Assembly (NCBI GenBank): GCA_951406725.2
Contig: OX597832.1
Span: 61,752,001 to 61,816,000, forward strand
Direction of reading: 5' to 3'
Source of the DNA: Octopus vulgaris
Taxonomy: Eukaryota
Length of the DNA stretch: 64,000 nt
The position numbers were made by a program, and so were the translations under genes. Below the pieces are notes generated by a model. The model saw only the letters and a list, made by a program, of their open reading frames with translations, had not been told where the DNA came from and did not search any database. Numbering within the stretch: position 1 is the stretch's first letter; each line of letters opens with the position of its first letter. This document shows positions 1 to 13,842 of this stretch, one piece after another.

Positions 1-326
1 GTGTTAATAGATGCAGGCAAACTTCTGAAGCGCAATGAGTTGTTATACACACAAGCAAACAAACAAACACACACACACATTCACTCTCTCGCATTCTCTC
101 TCTTCCTCTCTCTCTCCCTCACACACACACACACATACACACAAGCACACAAACACAGGCACCCTGACAGAGGCAGTAAACATCTATAATCATAATACTG
201 TGTTTACTCACAGTCAGTATTATTTACAACGGTTATGGCCTCCATCTCGTAATTACCTTCACTCAACCTCCGTAATTCGTGAAAAAGATACGATATTATA
301 ATGGGCTGGAAAGAAAGAACGAAAGC

Positions 327-387
<61 letters not shown>

Positions 388-616
388 TGTGAGGGTAGGG
401 GCGGGAGAGAAGAAGAGACACGCTGACACAGAAATAGGGCGACAGATAGACAGACAGACGAGCTGGCAGTGAGCCATACAAGATTGAGATGACAGAAAGA
501 AAAATCCTTCAACGGATGGAAACATTTAATTAAAGATAACAGTATGAAGTCGACCTGAGCGGATGATCAGAGATAATTTAAGACTTCCTTCAAATGGCTA
601 CTATTGTTGATTTCGT

Positions 617-955
617 AATCCCAAAAGTAAGGTGTCCAAAAATATTTAGAAATCACAGAAACATTTATTATCAATGATATTTGCATCCTTTTATGGTTTG
701 AACATTTAATCTATTTTTCTTCATAATCGCTATTTCAGTCAATGCATTTTTGTAGGCGCTGGGGCAGCTTTTGTATGCTCACGTCATACCAGCTCACCGC
801 CATGTCGTTGAGGAAATGTTGAACCTGTTCTTTCATCTCGTTGCTAAAGCGCGTTCCGGTCAAATGTTCTTTTAAATTTAGGGAAAAGGTGGTAGTCTCT
901 GTGTGCCAAGTCCGGACTATAAGTTGGGTTGCTGTTTATGGTCTTCTGTAAGCAT
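617..955 (-). mobile_element. Mariner (Tc1/mariner) transposase 3' remnant with terminal region
   Basis: Minus-strand PTYSPDLAHRDYHLF matches the mariner YSPDLAPxDYHLF motif. After a frameshift it reads MKEQVQHFLNDMAVSWYDVSIQKLPQRLQKCID...YEEK* (stop at 711-713), a typical mariner C-terminus. Confidence 0.85.
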
Positions 956-959
956 TCGT

Positions 960-1158
960 GGAACCCATCAGCGGAAACAGGAAGAAAGAGTGTGAGAATG
1001 TTCTGGTGAAAATGTACAGCAGGGTTTGCCACAACGACTCACCGCAGGTTCGTGGAGCTTTAAGTGTTTTCACTCAATCAACATTCACAACGCCTGGCCT
1101 GGCAATGGAATTCTACGATCGCGAGTCTACCGCCCTAACCACTGGGCCGTTGCACCCA
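960..1158 (-). mobile_element. SINE family C (tRNA-headed), degraded copy
   Basis: Aligns by eye with the better copy at 49878-50175 (ccctaaccactgggccgttg head; gaagaaagagtg...gtacagcaggg body). Confidence 0.75.
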
Positions 1159-1358
1159 CACACTCTCACACACACACACACATATCATCAATGTTTGTTT
1201 GTATGTATGTACTAAAATATCAACGTGTATATGAGTGTATACACACACACACATATATATATGTATGTATATATATTCGTATATATATATATATATATAT
1301 GTAAACATGTAAATAATGAGGGAGATAACTAGAATATTAATTTAATTAATTAATATCA

Positions 1359-1399
<41 letters not shown>

Positions 1400-1401
<2 letters not shown>

Positions 1402-1544
1402 GGAGTAAACACATAAATGTGAAACAAGGTGAAAAAATACCAGTCGTAGAGTAATATGCTTTATTTAAAGCAGCAGAAAATTCAACAAAACCTGTTACTC
1501 AGAGTAACAGGTTTTGTTGAATTTTCTGGTGCTTTAAATAAAGT

Positions 1545-1548
<4 letters not shown>
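1400..1548. mobile_element. Collapsed fold-back element in (TA)n; same family as 46389-46620
   Basis: Arms 1455-1500 and 1502-1548 with a 1-nt loop and 2 mismatches. The left flank ggagtaaacacataaatgtgaaacaagg is the reverse complement of the tail at about 46590-46620. Confidence 0.85.
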
Positions 1549-1632
<84 letters not shown>

Positions 1633-1650
1633 CATACATACATACATACA

Positions 1651-1746
<96 letters not shown>

Positions 1747-2084
1747 GTCTCTTAATTTTTAAGTGTACCTCAAGGAAATCTATCCGAATGGTTAAAGGCC
1801 TGAGAGATAAAACGTCTGGATCTGAGAACACAGGTTCGCTTTCTGCACAGTGCATTTTAGTATTCCTAACTTTTCCAAGCTTTAAGGATAGTTCCCTAGA
1901 TAATTACATGCATAAATACATGATACACATGAACACACATGGACAGACTTATGTCCTTGTTAAAGCAAAAGGTAATATAGTGAGGTTCTAGTTCATAGGA
2001 AGATATTGGATATGCAAACGTTTAAAGAGAGAAAAGCTCGACAAAGTGATCGCTGGAGTGAATGCATAACTATAAACAATATAC

Positions 2085-2197
<113 letters not shown>

Positions 2198-2337
2198 CAT
2201 ACATATATATATATATATGTATGTATGTATATGTATATATACACACATATATTTATATACATAAACCTACAAAGACACAAACACACGTATATGCATGTAT
2301 GTGTGTGTATATCTATATATATATGCATATATGTGTA

Positions 2338-2376
<39 letters not shown>

Positions 2377-2443
2377 TTACATATATGTATATATATATAT
2401 ATATACATATGTATATATACAGAGATGCATATATATATATATG

Positions 2444-2503
<60 letters not shown>

Positions 2504-2709
2504 GCTGGATATGGATGGTTGGCGATATTAACAAACATCTGCTTATTTACATAATTTTAATTAATGTTGGTAGATTAATGTACGTTACAACGCGTGTATA
2601 TGCATTAAATATACACCACTATTAAAATGCGTGTATATATATATATTCACACTTATATATGTATGTATGTAAACATATATAAACAGATAAACAAGCATAT
2701 ATAAGTAAG

Positions 2710-2788
<79 letters not shown>

Positions 2789-3306
2789 ATTATCTGTACA
2801 CGTGCGTGCGCGTATGAGAGAGATAAAGATAAATATAAACACAAATATGAGCATAATATTGTTGTATGTATGTTTATAATAATGGTTGTGTGACACAACA
2901 ATTGCAGACGATGCGTCTAGTCATCCCTCCCACCCGCTCTATATTAAGCCTTCTCTCTCTATACATATATTTCATATCTCTCACTCTCTTTTTCTCATTG
3001 TGATTATCTTTTACTTTTATATGAATATTTGCGTTTATCTATCAATCAATCTCATGTCGCCATCCTTCCATTCATTCATCGTCCGGTCGTCTTCACCTTA
3101 CGTATATCTATGTATGTACCAATCTGAGTATATCTATCTATCTATCTATCTATCTATTTATCTGTCTATCTATGTATCTACCTATCTATCAGTCTATCTG
3201 TCTATCTATGTATCTGTCTGTCTGAGTTGATATCTACGCATGCATATATACATGCATAGATACTCAAATGCACACACTCACACACACACGCACTGACTTA
3301 AGTCCG

Positions 3307-3398
<92 letters not shown>

Positions 3399-3399
3399 G

Positions 3400-3466
<67 letters not shown>

Positions 3467-3490
3467 GATATACATATATATTTATATAAA

Positions 3491-3536
<46 letters not shown>

Positions 3537-3773
3537 GCATGTATATATATGCATGTATATTAATTGTTAGCAACGGAAACAATATTGATACGAAAAGTTA
3601 ATCTTTACGTGCAATTGAACATGGAAGTCAAGTTTGAACGCCGAGTCCGTTGTACTCTTATGCGCCCAGGGCTCATAAGACGGGATCTCACAATCTTAAT
3701 AACGCAGTATTCGGTGATCTAACAACACATCCATGTTAATATAAATATATGCGTGTGTGTCTTTTTGAGTGTA

Positions 3774-3834
<61 letters not shown>

Positions 3835-4137
3835 ACATAGACATATTTATATGTGAGCAACTGTCTTTGAAGAATAATATTGCCGTTGATTACTCGAAAT
3901 AAGCCGATAACGAATGCAGGGTCCTTTCCTATATATATATATATAAGAAATAATTAAGATTCAGTTGAATTAGGTACTTAAGTTGATTATATATATGCAT
4001 ATATAATTTCATGTATGTATGTATGCAATTTAACAGGATTATCTTTTCAGAACACCGAATGTTGCGTTATTAGCCTTGAGAGATACTCTCATATAGGCGT
4101 CTGATGCAATAATATTTATATAGTCTATCCGTCAGCA

Positions 4138-4170
<33 letters not shown>

Positions 4171-4425
4171 CAGTGTATGTTGGTGTGTGAGTGCGTGTCT
4201 GTGTGTGTGTGTGTGTGTGTCTGTTCACAGCTATTTATACATTTAGTCATGTAAGAAATGTAACCATTTAACCAAAGAATGTATGTTGTGTGTGAGTTTG
4301 TGTTTGTGTATGAGTTTGTATATGTGTGTGTCTATTCACACCTACCTGTATATACTGGATCTTTCATACACTAAATATTCATTGACACCTGTCGGTTAAG
4401 TAACATAATATACAGAACCCCCCCC

Positions 4426-4481
<56 letters not shown>

Positions 4482-4866
4482 TGTATGTATATATATGCGT
4501 GAATGTGTGTGCCTGTGTATGAATATACATATAAGCAAATATACATATATATGCAAATACATGCATTTGAATCTAAATTAGAATTTGTTGACAGGAAATA
4601 AGTCGAACTTCGAAGTCACTGTCATCATTCTCATTATAAATATATACCAAAATAGTATTGTATAGTGTTTTTATTTTTTTAAGGTTAGTGACTGACTTTG
4701 TTGTATATACTTATGCATAAACACACACACACGTACAGATTCACAGACACGCATTGTCACACACAGGAATATACAAAGACATAAACACTCGCAGAGACAA
4801 AAAGAAAACACGCCACGCTCACCCATATATGGCATTGACAACACTAACTATGCCAGTATGTCAGTA

Positions 4867-4930
<64 letters not shown>

Positions 4931-5060
4931 CGGGCATATAAATATACGTACATATATATACTTATATATATATATTGTATACATATATATATGTATATAT
5001 TTATGTATATACATATATGTACATATATATTATATGTGTGTGTACATACATATATATATG

Positions 5061-5110
<50 letters not shown>

Positions 5111-5289
5111 CATATATATATATATATGTACATATATACATACATATGCATATATACTTATATATATATATAGGTATATACATATATATATAAATATACT
5201 TATATATATGAATATATACATATATTTATATATGTATATATATATACATGAGACTATATATTTCTCTTTCTGTCTATCCATCTAACTAT

Positions 5290-5345
<56 letters not shown>

Positions 5346-5463
5346 ATATATATATATATATGTATATATATGTATATATATATATATACACATATATATA
5401 TACATATATATATATGTATATATATGTATATATATATATACACATACATACCTACATTCGTAT

Positions 5464-5528
<65 letters not shown>

Positions 5529-5529
<1 letters not shown>

Positions 5530-5940
5530 GCGCAGGAGTGGCTGTGTGGTAAGTAGCTTGCTAACCAACCACATGGTTCCGGGTTCAGTCCCTCTGCGTT
5601 GCATCTTGGGCAAGTGTCTTCTGCTATAGCCTCGGGCCGACCAAAGCTTTGTGAGTGGATTTGGTAGACGGAAACTGAAAGAACCCTGTCGTATATATCT
5701 ATATATGTATATGTGTGTGTATGTATGTTTGTGTGTCTGTGTTTGTCCCTCTAGCATCGCTTGACAACCGATGCTGGTATGATTACGTCCCCGTCACTTA
5801 GCGGTTCGGCAAAAGGGACCGATAGAATAAGTACTTGGCTTACAAAGAATAAGTCCTGGGGCCGATTTGCTCAACTAAAGGCGGTGCGCTGCTCGATCAT
5901 GGCCGCAGTGAAATGACTGAAACCAGTAAAAGGGAGAGTA
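5529..5940 (+). mobile_element. SINE family A, full length (tRNA-like head, internal TA/TG microsatellite, LINE-like tail)
   Basis: A-box-like TGGCTGTGTGG at about 5539, B-box-like GGTTCAGTCC at about 5582, CORE-like CTTGGGCAAGTG, and tail ...catggccgcagtgaaatgactgaaac. About 25 copies or fragments occur in the window. Confidence 0.9.
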
Positions 5941-6102
5941 TATATGTATACTTATATGTGTGTGTGCGTACGTGTGTGTGTTTGTATTTATATATATAGC
6001 GTATTATGCTAAAGCCTCGGTTAGACCAAAGCCTTTTGAGTGAACTTGGAAACTGAAAGAAGCCCATCCTATATATATATATATAAATATATATATATAC
6101 TG

Positions 6103-6426
<324 letters not shown>

Positions 6427-6437
6427 TATACTTATAC

Positions 6438-6486
<49 letters not shown>

Positions 6487-6487
6487 G

Positions 6488-6550
<63 letters not shown>

Positions 6551-6674
6551 ATATATGTGTATACATAAATATAAGAGAGTGACCACCATGTGGTCTACTC
6601 TAGCACTAAAAATAGATCCACAAGGTTTCAGCCACAAAAGAAATTGTTTCCGTTAAAAGTTAGCACTACTACCA

Positions 6675-6766
<92 letters not shown>

Positions 6767-6807
6767 CATTTACATATATATATAATATATATATGATATA
6801 TATATAA

Positions 6808-6889
<82 letters not shown>

Positions 6890-6900
6890 TGTGTGTGTGC

Positions 6901-6938
<38 letters not shown>

Positions 6939-7191
6939 ATACATGATATATATATCTACATACATGAACTTGCCACTGTGAGTTTGCGGATACATATACG
7001 AAAGCGCAATAAAATAGAAGGCACACACACACACACCCACACGCACACAGACACTCACGCACATACACAACACACACACACTCACATAAGCAAGCCTACC
7101 ACCTATACAACATACAGTCATCGTATAAAAGATCATACTAGGTCTGTGACTCACCATAAGATGCAGCTGGCTGCTAACCTACAAGCCCGTG

Positions 7192-7222
<31 letters not shown>

Positions 7223-7559
7223 ACACACTCACACACACACGCAAATGCTCACGCATAGAAGGCCAGGGAGACAGACACACACATACAGGCACACACACAT
7301 AATCACATATACATACGCCTACACACTATATTTATAAGTACACCGGTACACACCTAAAGAAACCCATTTACATGGACAGTCATACACACAAACATACACG
7401 CAAATACACACAGACACTTTTACTCACACATTTGCTAACGTAATATAATGATGCCTGATTCAGACTTTTAATTTGAGTTTCCACTCATTCTCACACTCCA
7501 CCCTTTCTCTCATTACTCCATGCATGTCTCTATTTCTCTAAGTGTGCGTGCGTGTGTTC

Positions 7560-7599
<40 letters not shown>

Positions 7600-7821
7600 A
7601 CATATATATGTATATATATGTATATATATGAATATATACATATATACACATATATACATATACATTAATATACATATATATACATATATATATTTACTCA
7701 CTTGTATACTTATATATACATATATATATACCTATCTATACCTATCTAAATACTTTTCTGTTTGTTTTTCTACTTATCTATATATCTATCTATCTATCTA
7801 ACTACCCATCCTTTCTCACTA

Positions 7822-7866
<45 letters not shown>

Positions 7867-7986
7867 AAAATGTATTTATGTATATGTATACATGTAGATA
7901 TATGTATATAAATATGCGTGTATATACGTATACACATATATGCATGTACATATGTATGTATATATACATGTATATATGTCTTTATA

Positions 7987-8018
<32 letters not shown>

Positions 8019-8061
8019 CGTGTGTGTATATACATTTATAAATACATATACTTTTCTTTTC

Positions 8062-8092
<31 letters not shown>

Positions 8093-8108
8093 TAGATAGA
8101 TAGATAGA

Positions 8109-8166
<58 letters not shown>

Positions 8167-8220
8167 TATTGTGGCTGCCCCCTCGTTATCGAGTATGGCT
8201 ATTGCACGAAACTTAATTAA

Positions 8221-9030
8221 TGTTGTTATAGTAACGAAGCTTAAGGACGCAGATTGACCTTGAACGGTGCTGTGCATGTGCACCCACTTTCTGCGTTCTA
8301 GCTTATTTCCGCTGTTTACAGCAGTACACCGAAGGAATGTGTGTAGCGTGTGGTCTTTGCCTTCACCATCACAACGAATGTTGTCATGGTGATACCTGCT
8401 CAGAAGCCTACGCAAAGTGAACGGAGGGGAGTGTATTAGCCACACACAAGCTTACGGGTATTTCATACATTTCCAAGATGATCGAAAAAACGCCGATATT
8501 GACGAACGCTCTAGGAGACCCGCATCTAGCAGCAGAAATACATTGCAGATGTGCGTGTAACAATGAAGTGAAACCATCGAATCACCATCCGTGAGTTATC
8601 AGAGTTAGTGCTGATTAGTTACGGTTCAGTTCAGTCCATTATCACTAAAAATATGGGTTTGAGATGCGTGTCTACCAAATTTGTGCCAAAATTACTTTCA
8701 GCTGACCAAAATGGCACTCGAGTTTCAGTTGCACAAGAACACCTTAATTGTATGGAAAACGATGAAAACTCCTTGCGTAGGCCTCTGAGTAGTTATCACC
8801 AAGATTTTTGCAAAATTTGTTGCAAATTCTCTGCTCATCTCCCTCTGTTATGGTCAATGCGACAATCACGCGCTACGCACCTTCCTTCCAAGCAATGCTA
8901 TAAACAGTGGAAATGAGCTAGAACGTTAAAATTTAGTGCGCATGCATAGGACAGTTCATGGTCAATCACTGTCAAGCGGCTTCAGCTTCGTTACTATAGC
9001 GACAGACAGGATACTTATTGATCATCCGTG
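8221..9030 (+). mobile_element. Mariner-derived non-autonomous element with long diverged inverted termini and internal transposase N-terminal remnant
   Basis: Internal DERSRRP...HRITIRELSE..ISYGSVQSIITKNMGLRCVSTKFVPKLLSADQ corresponds to the mariner HTH and WVPxxL-type motif. About 8222-8375 is an inverted copy of about 8845-9005. Confidence 0.85.
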
Positions 9031-9339
9031 CAACATCCATATTCCTCCCTGCGCCTATTAAACCCTATGACTCTGCCGTAAGGCTTCACTTCCACACACG
9101 CCAGCTTAATTTAATTCATCCTTAGTCGAAAGAAATCTGTTGTTATGTCTTGTATTTGTGTTTGTGTAACATTTCTCTTTTTTTTTCCGTCCTTGCTTTC
9201 GTATACATTCGCTGCTTTCTTGGGGCTGGTCAGATTGAAGCAATCTCGAGTATAACCAGCCGAAATTTCAAAGATAATGTGGAACACTCGATCGAGGATA
9301 GAAAAGGCCGAATGACTCGTCCTTGTATACATACATACA

Positions 9340-9372
<33 letters not shown>

Positions 9373-9512
9373 GTATATATATACACACACATATACTATA
9401 TATATATATGTTATTTCTAGTGGGTGAATGGCCTATTATGGCCGTTCCTTGATTGTTGATGTTGAATTTATAAATGGTCTTTGACTATTTAATTTTTTCC
9501 CACTAGGCCGCT

Positions 9513-9558
9513 GGTGGCAAAAAATTCTAAGAAAAATTCTACGAAATTTTTTGCCACC
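9513..9558. repeat. Short inverted repeat (14-bp arms)
   Basis: ggtggcaaaaaatt ... aattttttgccacc with an 18-nt spacer. Confidence 0.7.
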
Positions 9559-9602
9559 CTATATTGATTAATTATATATATATATATATATATATAGATA
9601 GG

Positions 9603-10380
9603 TAAAGGAAATCAAGCTATTTTCGTGCTTGTGATCTAGAAACATGTTCATCATTAACGGTAAGAGATTGGTTTCGTTTATTTGCTACTCCGTTTTTTGC
9701 GTATGTGAATCGCAGGGTTCGTCGTATTTGGAAAATCCACTTATAGAAAATGGAAAAAACAGTCTTTGACTGCCATTTCTAATTCCTCCGGTATGCGGCG
9801 AGGCAGCCTGCTGCCCGCCCTTTAATTATTTTCACTATATACTGAACTTTCCAGAAGTTCCTGACGATGAATTTGTCATATTTACATACCGGAATTTTAC
9901 CGGTAAATAATTGTTGGTTATATGAAAAACCACTGAAAAATTATTTACCATTTTTATTGTATTACCATGTGGACTTCTTATTCCATTGCGATCGGCCAGG
10001 CGGCGCGCACGGCAGAATTTTTGGAGGGAAAATTTACGTTCTCAGTCATTACTTAGTTTTAACATATGCACATCTCCCCCCACTATCTGATGTCGCTTGT
10101 TCAGAAGTGAGGGCTTGTGGCATTTGGTAAATCTATCGAATATGGTGTTGATAAAGGAAATCAAGCTATTTTCGTGCTTGTGATCTAGAAACATGTTCAT
10201 CATTAACGGTAAGAGATTGGTTTCGTTTATTTGCTACTCCGTTTTTTGCGTATGTGAATCGCAGGGTTCGTCGTATTTGGAAAATCCACTTATAGAAAAT
10301 GGAAAAAACAGTCTTTGACTGCCATTTCTAATTCCTCCGGTATGCGGCGAGGCAGCCTGCTGCCCGCCCTTTAATTATTT

Positions 10381-10390
<10 letters not shown>
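9603..10390. mobile_element. Non-coding element with identical 239-bp direct repeats (549-bp period) inserted in (TA)n
   Basis: 9603-9841 and 10152-10390 appear identical, separated by a 310-bp unique spacer. (TA)n lies on both sides. Confidence 0.85.
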
Positions 10391-10451
<61 letters not shown>

Positions 10452-10491
10452 ACATATATATATGTATGTATGTATGTATATACGTATATAT

Positions 10492-10573
10492 ATATAATAA
10501 CAATTTAATAAATAAGATATATACATACATACATACATATATGTACGTACCTACATCTATATGTATATATACA

Positions 10574-10627
<54 letters not shown>

Positions 10628-11313
10628 TACAGGACACCACAAATAAACATAGAACACAACGAGAAACGAAAACATAAAAACAAACTAGGAAACGGACTTT
10701 TTAATAACGAAAAAACAGAGTACAAGACAAACAATACAAGGAATATTCCCCTTCATCAGCTGCCCTTGGTTCGATTCAATGCGTGTTTCGAAGGTAAGGG
10801 CAGAACACGATCCGGTCGAAGAAGTCCTTCCTGCAAAAGGAATTAAATAAAATTCTTTTGCAGAGGGGTAAAACAAGGAAAGAAAAAAAGTGACAACAAC
10901 AGGACGTAAAAGCAATACAAATAAAAATACAGTACACATAAAGAATAAAAACAGGACAATGAAACCAACATTGAGGGCTTTTTTTTAAGCCTAGACGATG
11001 AAAAAATTCGGAGCGCAATTTACAATCGACTTTCTAGAGACAGAAAAAGTCGATGTTGACTTGTAGAAAGCTACGAGCAAAAGAAAGTTAGTAGCTCACT
11101 CAGCAGTGAGAGAGATGAGGAGGAGTGAGAGAGAGAGAGAGAGAGAGAGAGGCAAGGAAACCAGAAAGGGTGAAAAATAAGAAAGAGAGAGACAGGTAGA
11201 GAGGAAGACAGACAGGAAGGAAGGAAAGGTCAAGTAAGGGGAATATTCCTTGTATTGTTTGTCTTGTACTCTGTCTTTTCGTTGTGTTCTACGTTTATCT
11301 GTGGTGTCCTGTA

Positions 11314-11384
<71 letters not shown>

Positions 11385-11462
11385 TGTATATATACATATA
11401 GATGTAGGTACGTATATATATGTATGTGTGCATATATTTTATTTATTAAATTGTTATTATAT
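10492..11462. mobile_element. Fold-back element, probably PLE-derived, whose inverted arms include microsatellite DNA
   Basis: 10492-10753 is the inverted copy of 11236-11462; the right arm lacks about 50 bp. The minus strand at 10745-10835 has CTGATGA and ccttcGAAAc motifs. Confidence 0.8.
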
Positions 11463-11504
11463 GACTGAGCGCCCTCGCGTCGTTTCGTTTCTTTCCTCTA
11501 AGTA

Positions 11505-11539
<35 letters not shown>

Positions 11540-11633
11540 GAGGTGTATTACGTTAAGAAAGTATTAGATTATAAAATAGTGTACCCGGCAGTATTGTGGT
11601 ATACAACTCTGGTCATTAAACATTTAAATATTT

Positions 11634-11817
11634 ATTTGGCTTGTGCATAATTATTGCGGTCTGACTGTCTGCCAAGCAAATGGGAAGCAGTAATTGAAGT
11701 AGATGGTGAATATGCTTCGGAATAAACACTTAAAGATGATTTTGCCACGTTTTGCTATTGTTTTTGTTGAATAAAATTTGCTGAAAAAAAGTCGCAATAA
11801 TTATGCACCAGCCTAAT
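11634..11817 (+). mobile_element. Mariner MITE (about 185 bp) retaining the transposase C-terminal tip
   Basis: TIRs atttggcttgtgcataattattgcg / cgcaataattatgcaccagcctaat. The internal frame LPSKWEAVIEVDGEYASE* resembles mariner LPxRWxxVIxxDGxY. Confidence 0.8.
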
Positions 11818-11837
11818 TATACATACTTATATATATA

Positions 11838-11914
<77 letters not shown>

Positions 11915-11917
<3 letters not shown>

Positions 11918-12115
11918 ATCCAAACAACATGAACAAAGAGAGAATCCAACAACGCGAGGACGTGGAACAAGTATAGTGTTATTGGATGCTCAGGAAAGCA
12001 AAGAAAGAAGGAGGATATAACGTTTCGAGCGGAGCACTTCGTCAGAAACATAGAAAAAGAAAGGTCCAAGGAAGGGAAGACGGAGAGAGAAAATCGCCAA
12101 TGATACACATGCGGT

Positions 12116-12120
<5 letters not shown>
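11915..12120 (-). mobile_element. PLE-type terminal repeat fragment in (TA)n with hammerhead motif
   Basis: The minus strand at 12015-12050 reads gttt-CTGACGA-a-gtgc-tcc-gctc-GAAA-cgtTA. Related scraps occur at about 11465-11500 and 32935-32965. Confidence 0.65.
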
Positions 12121-12159
<39 letters not shown>

Positions 12160-12225
12160 GGTATGTATGTATGTATATATATATATATATATATATATAC
12201 ATACGTATGTATGTATGTATTCATG

Positions 12226-12291
<66 letters not shown>

Positions 12292-12625
12292 ACCAACTTC
12301 CCCACGCTAAAGTACTTTCCTTTTCTTTATTGCTAATAGGTGTGGACGTAATGGAATTAATATTGGTCGTTTGTGTCTGTGGAACTTCTAACCTTCGTAT
12401 TGTTTCTCTTACAGCTTCCTCTGTGATATTTCAATATTTCTTCTCTTCACACCTCAGTCGTCTGTCATGTCAGCATTTTGGGTGACACTTTCTTGTCATA
12501 TATTTTCGTTTCTTGTATCATTGCTGTGCGTGTGTGTGTTTGTGTGAGTGAGTGTGAGTATTTGTGTATATGTATATACATACATAAACGTATGTATACA
12601 TTATGCTTACGCACACAAGCATCAC

Positions 12626-12671
<46 letters not shown>

Positions 12672-12746
12672 AAATATATATATATAACTATATGTATAAA
12701 AATATATATATATATATATATTTTTATATATATATATATATATATA

Positions 12747-13790
12747 TCATTTCATTTCATCTAGTTTCAACTCACGAGCTGTGGCCATGCTGGGGCACCG
12801 ACATTTGGTGTTGCTATATGATTTTACTTCACGAATGCTTTTTGGCAATTGACATTTGGTGCATGAGAGAATTTGATGCAGCTGCCCTCATTTGCACCTC
12901 CTGTCGTGAAGTTGGTTCATCTGGGACACCTGACAGAAAGTACCCACTTTATTTTGAAGGCATCTGCATCCACTCCATGCAGGTCTCCCAGGTCCTTCGG
13001 GAGGATATTGAAGAGCTGCGGACCTCTGAAGCCCAGGCTATCGCAGTATCTTGTCCTACATCTTGATGGCAAATTTGGAGTCCTTGGCACTATGCAGTGG
13101 CTCCCAATTTCTAGTATTTGTGTAACTCTCGATGCCAAAGTTTGGGACAAGTCCTTCCAGGATCTTCCAGATGTATATTATGGCATATCTTTCTCGCCTA
13201 CGCTCTAATGAATATAGTCTTAATCTCTTGAGTCTTTCCCAATAGCTTATATGCTGCATAGAGGCTATCTTCTTCGCATAGCTTCGCTGGATTGCCTGGA
13301 GGTCTAAGATTAATTTGACACTGGTTGGTGACCATAGCTGAGAGCAATAGTCAAGGTGGCTTAGGACAAATGTCCTCCAGAGGACTATCACTGTTTCCTG
13401 GTCTCTTATTCTAAAAGCTCTAAGAATGCATTCGGTCAGCAGCTTACATTTGATTGCCAATTTAGCAACATGCACATGAAAGGTTACATCATTACTCATG
13501 TATATACCCAGGTCACGCACTGATTGTGCCTCTGGGATTGCAATCCCTCCAGGTCCAGTGTATTTATTGGGTATTGCATTTAGTTTTGCATGCTGATAGC
13601 ATAAAGCTTGAAACTTTTCAGCATTGAACTGCATACTATTCTTTTCAGCCCACTTGTATATTTCGTCCAGCTCACATTACAGGTGCATAGTGTCTTCATG
13701 GTTCTGTATTACCTGTGAAACTTTTGTATCATCTGCATAACTTGTGGTCGTGGCTCTCTGCGTGGCTGAGGGCATGTCTGAGAGGGTCGC
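12747..13790 (-). mobile_element. CR1-group (APE-type) LINE, 5'-truncated RT C-terminus plus 3' UTR; pseudogenised
   Basis: YADDTK at 13728-13739, WAEKNSMQFNAEKF, RDLG, LDYCSQLWSP and YWERLKRLRLYSLERRRERY. There is an in-frame stop near 13678, a frameshift near 13110 and a (GAAAT)n tail. Confidence 0.92.
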
Positions 13791-13811
13791 ACACACACAA
13801 ACACACACGTG

Positions 13812-13840
<29 letters not shown>

Positions 13841-13842
<2 letters not shown>

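Noticed and set aside
9150-9452. ORF with a complex central peptide (IEAISSITSRNFKDNVEHSIEDRKG)
   Set aside because: It runs into a microsatellite, with no convincing donor site and no recognised homology.
9860-9930. CTGACGA...GAAA in the 549-bp unit
   Set aside because: Stem II and stem III do not pair next to the core.
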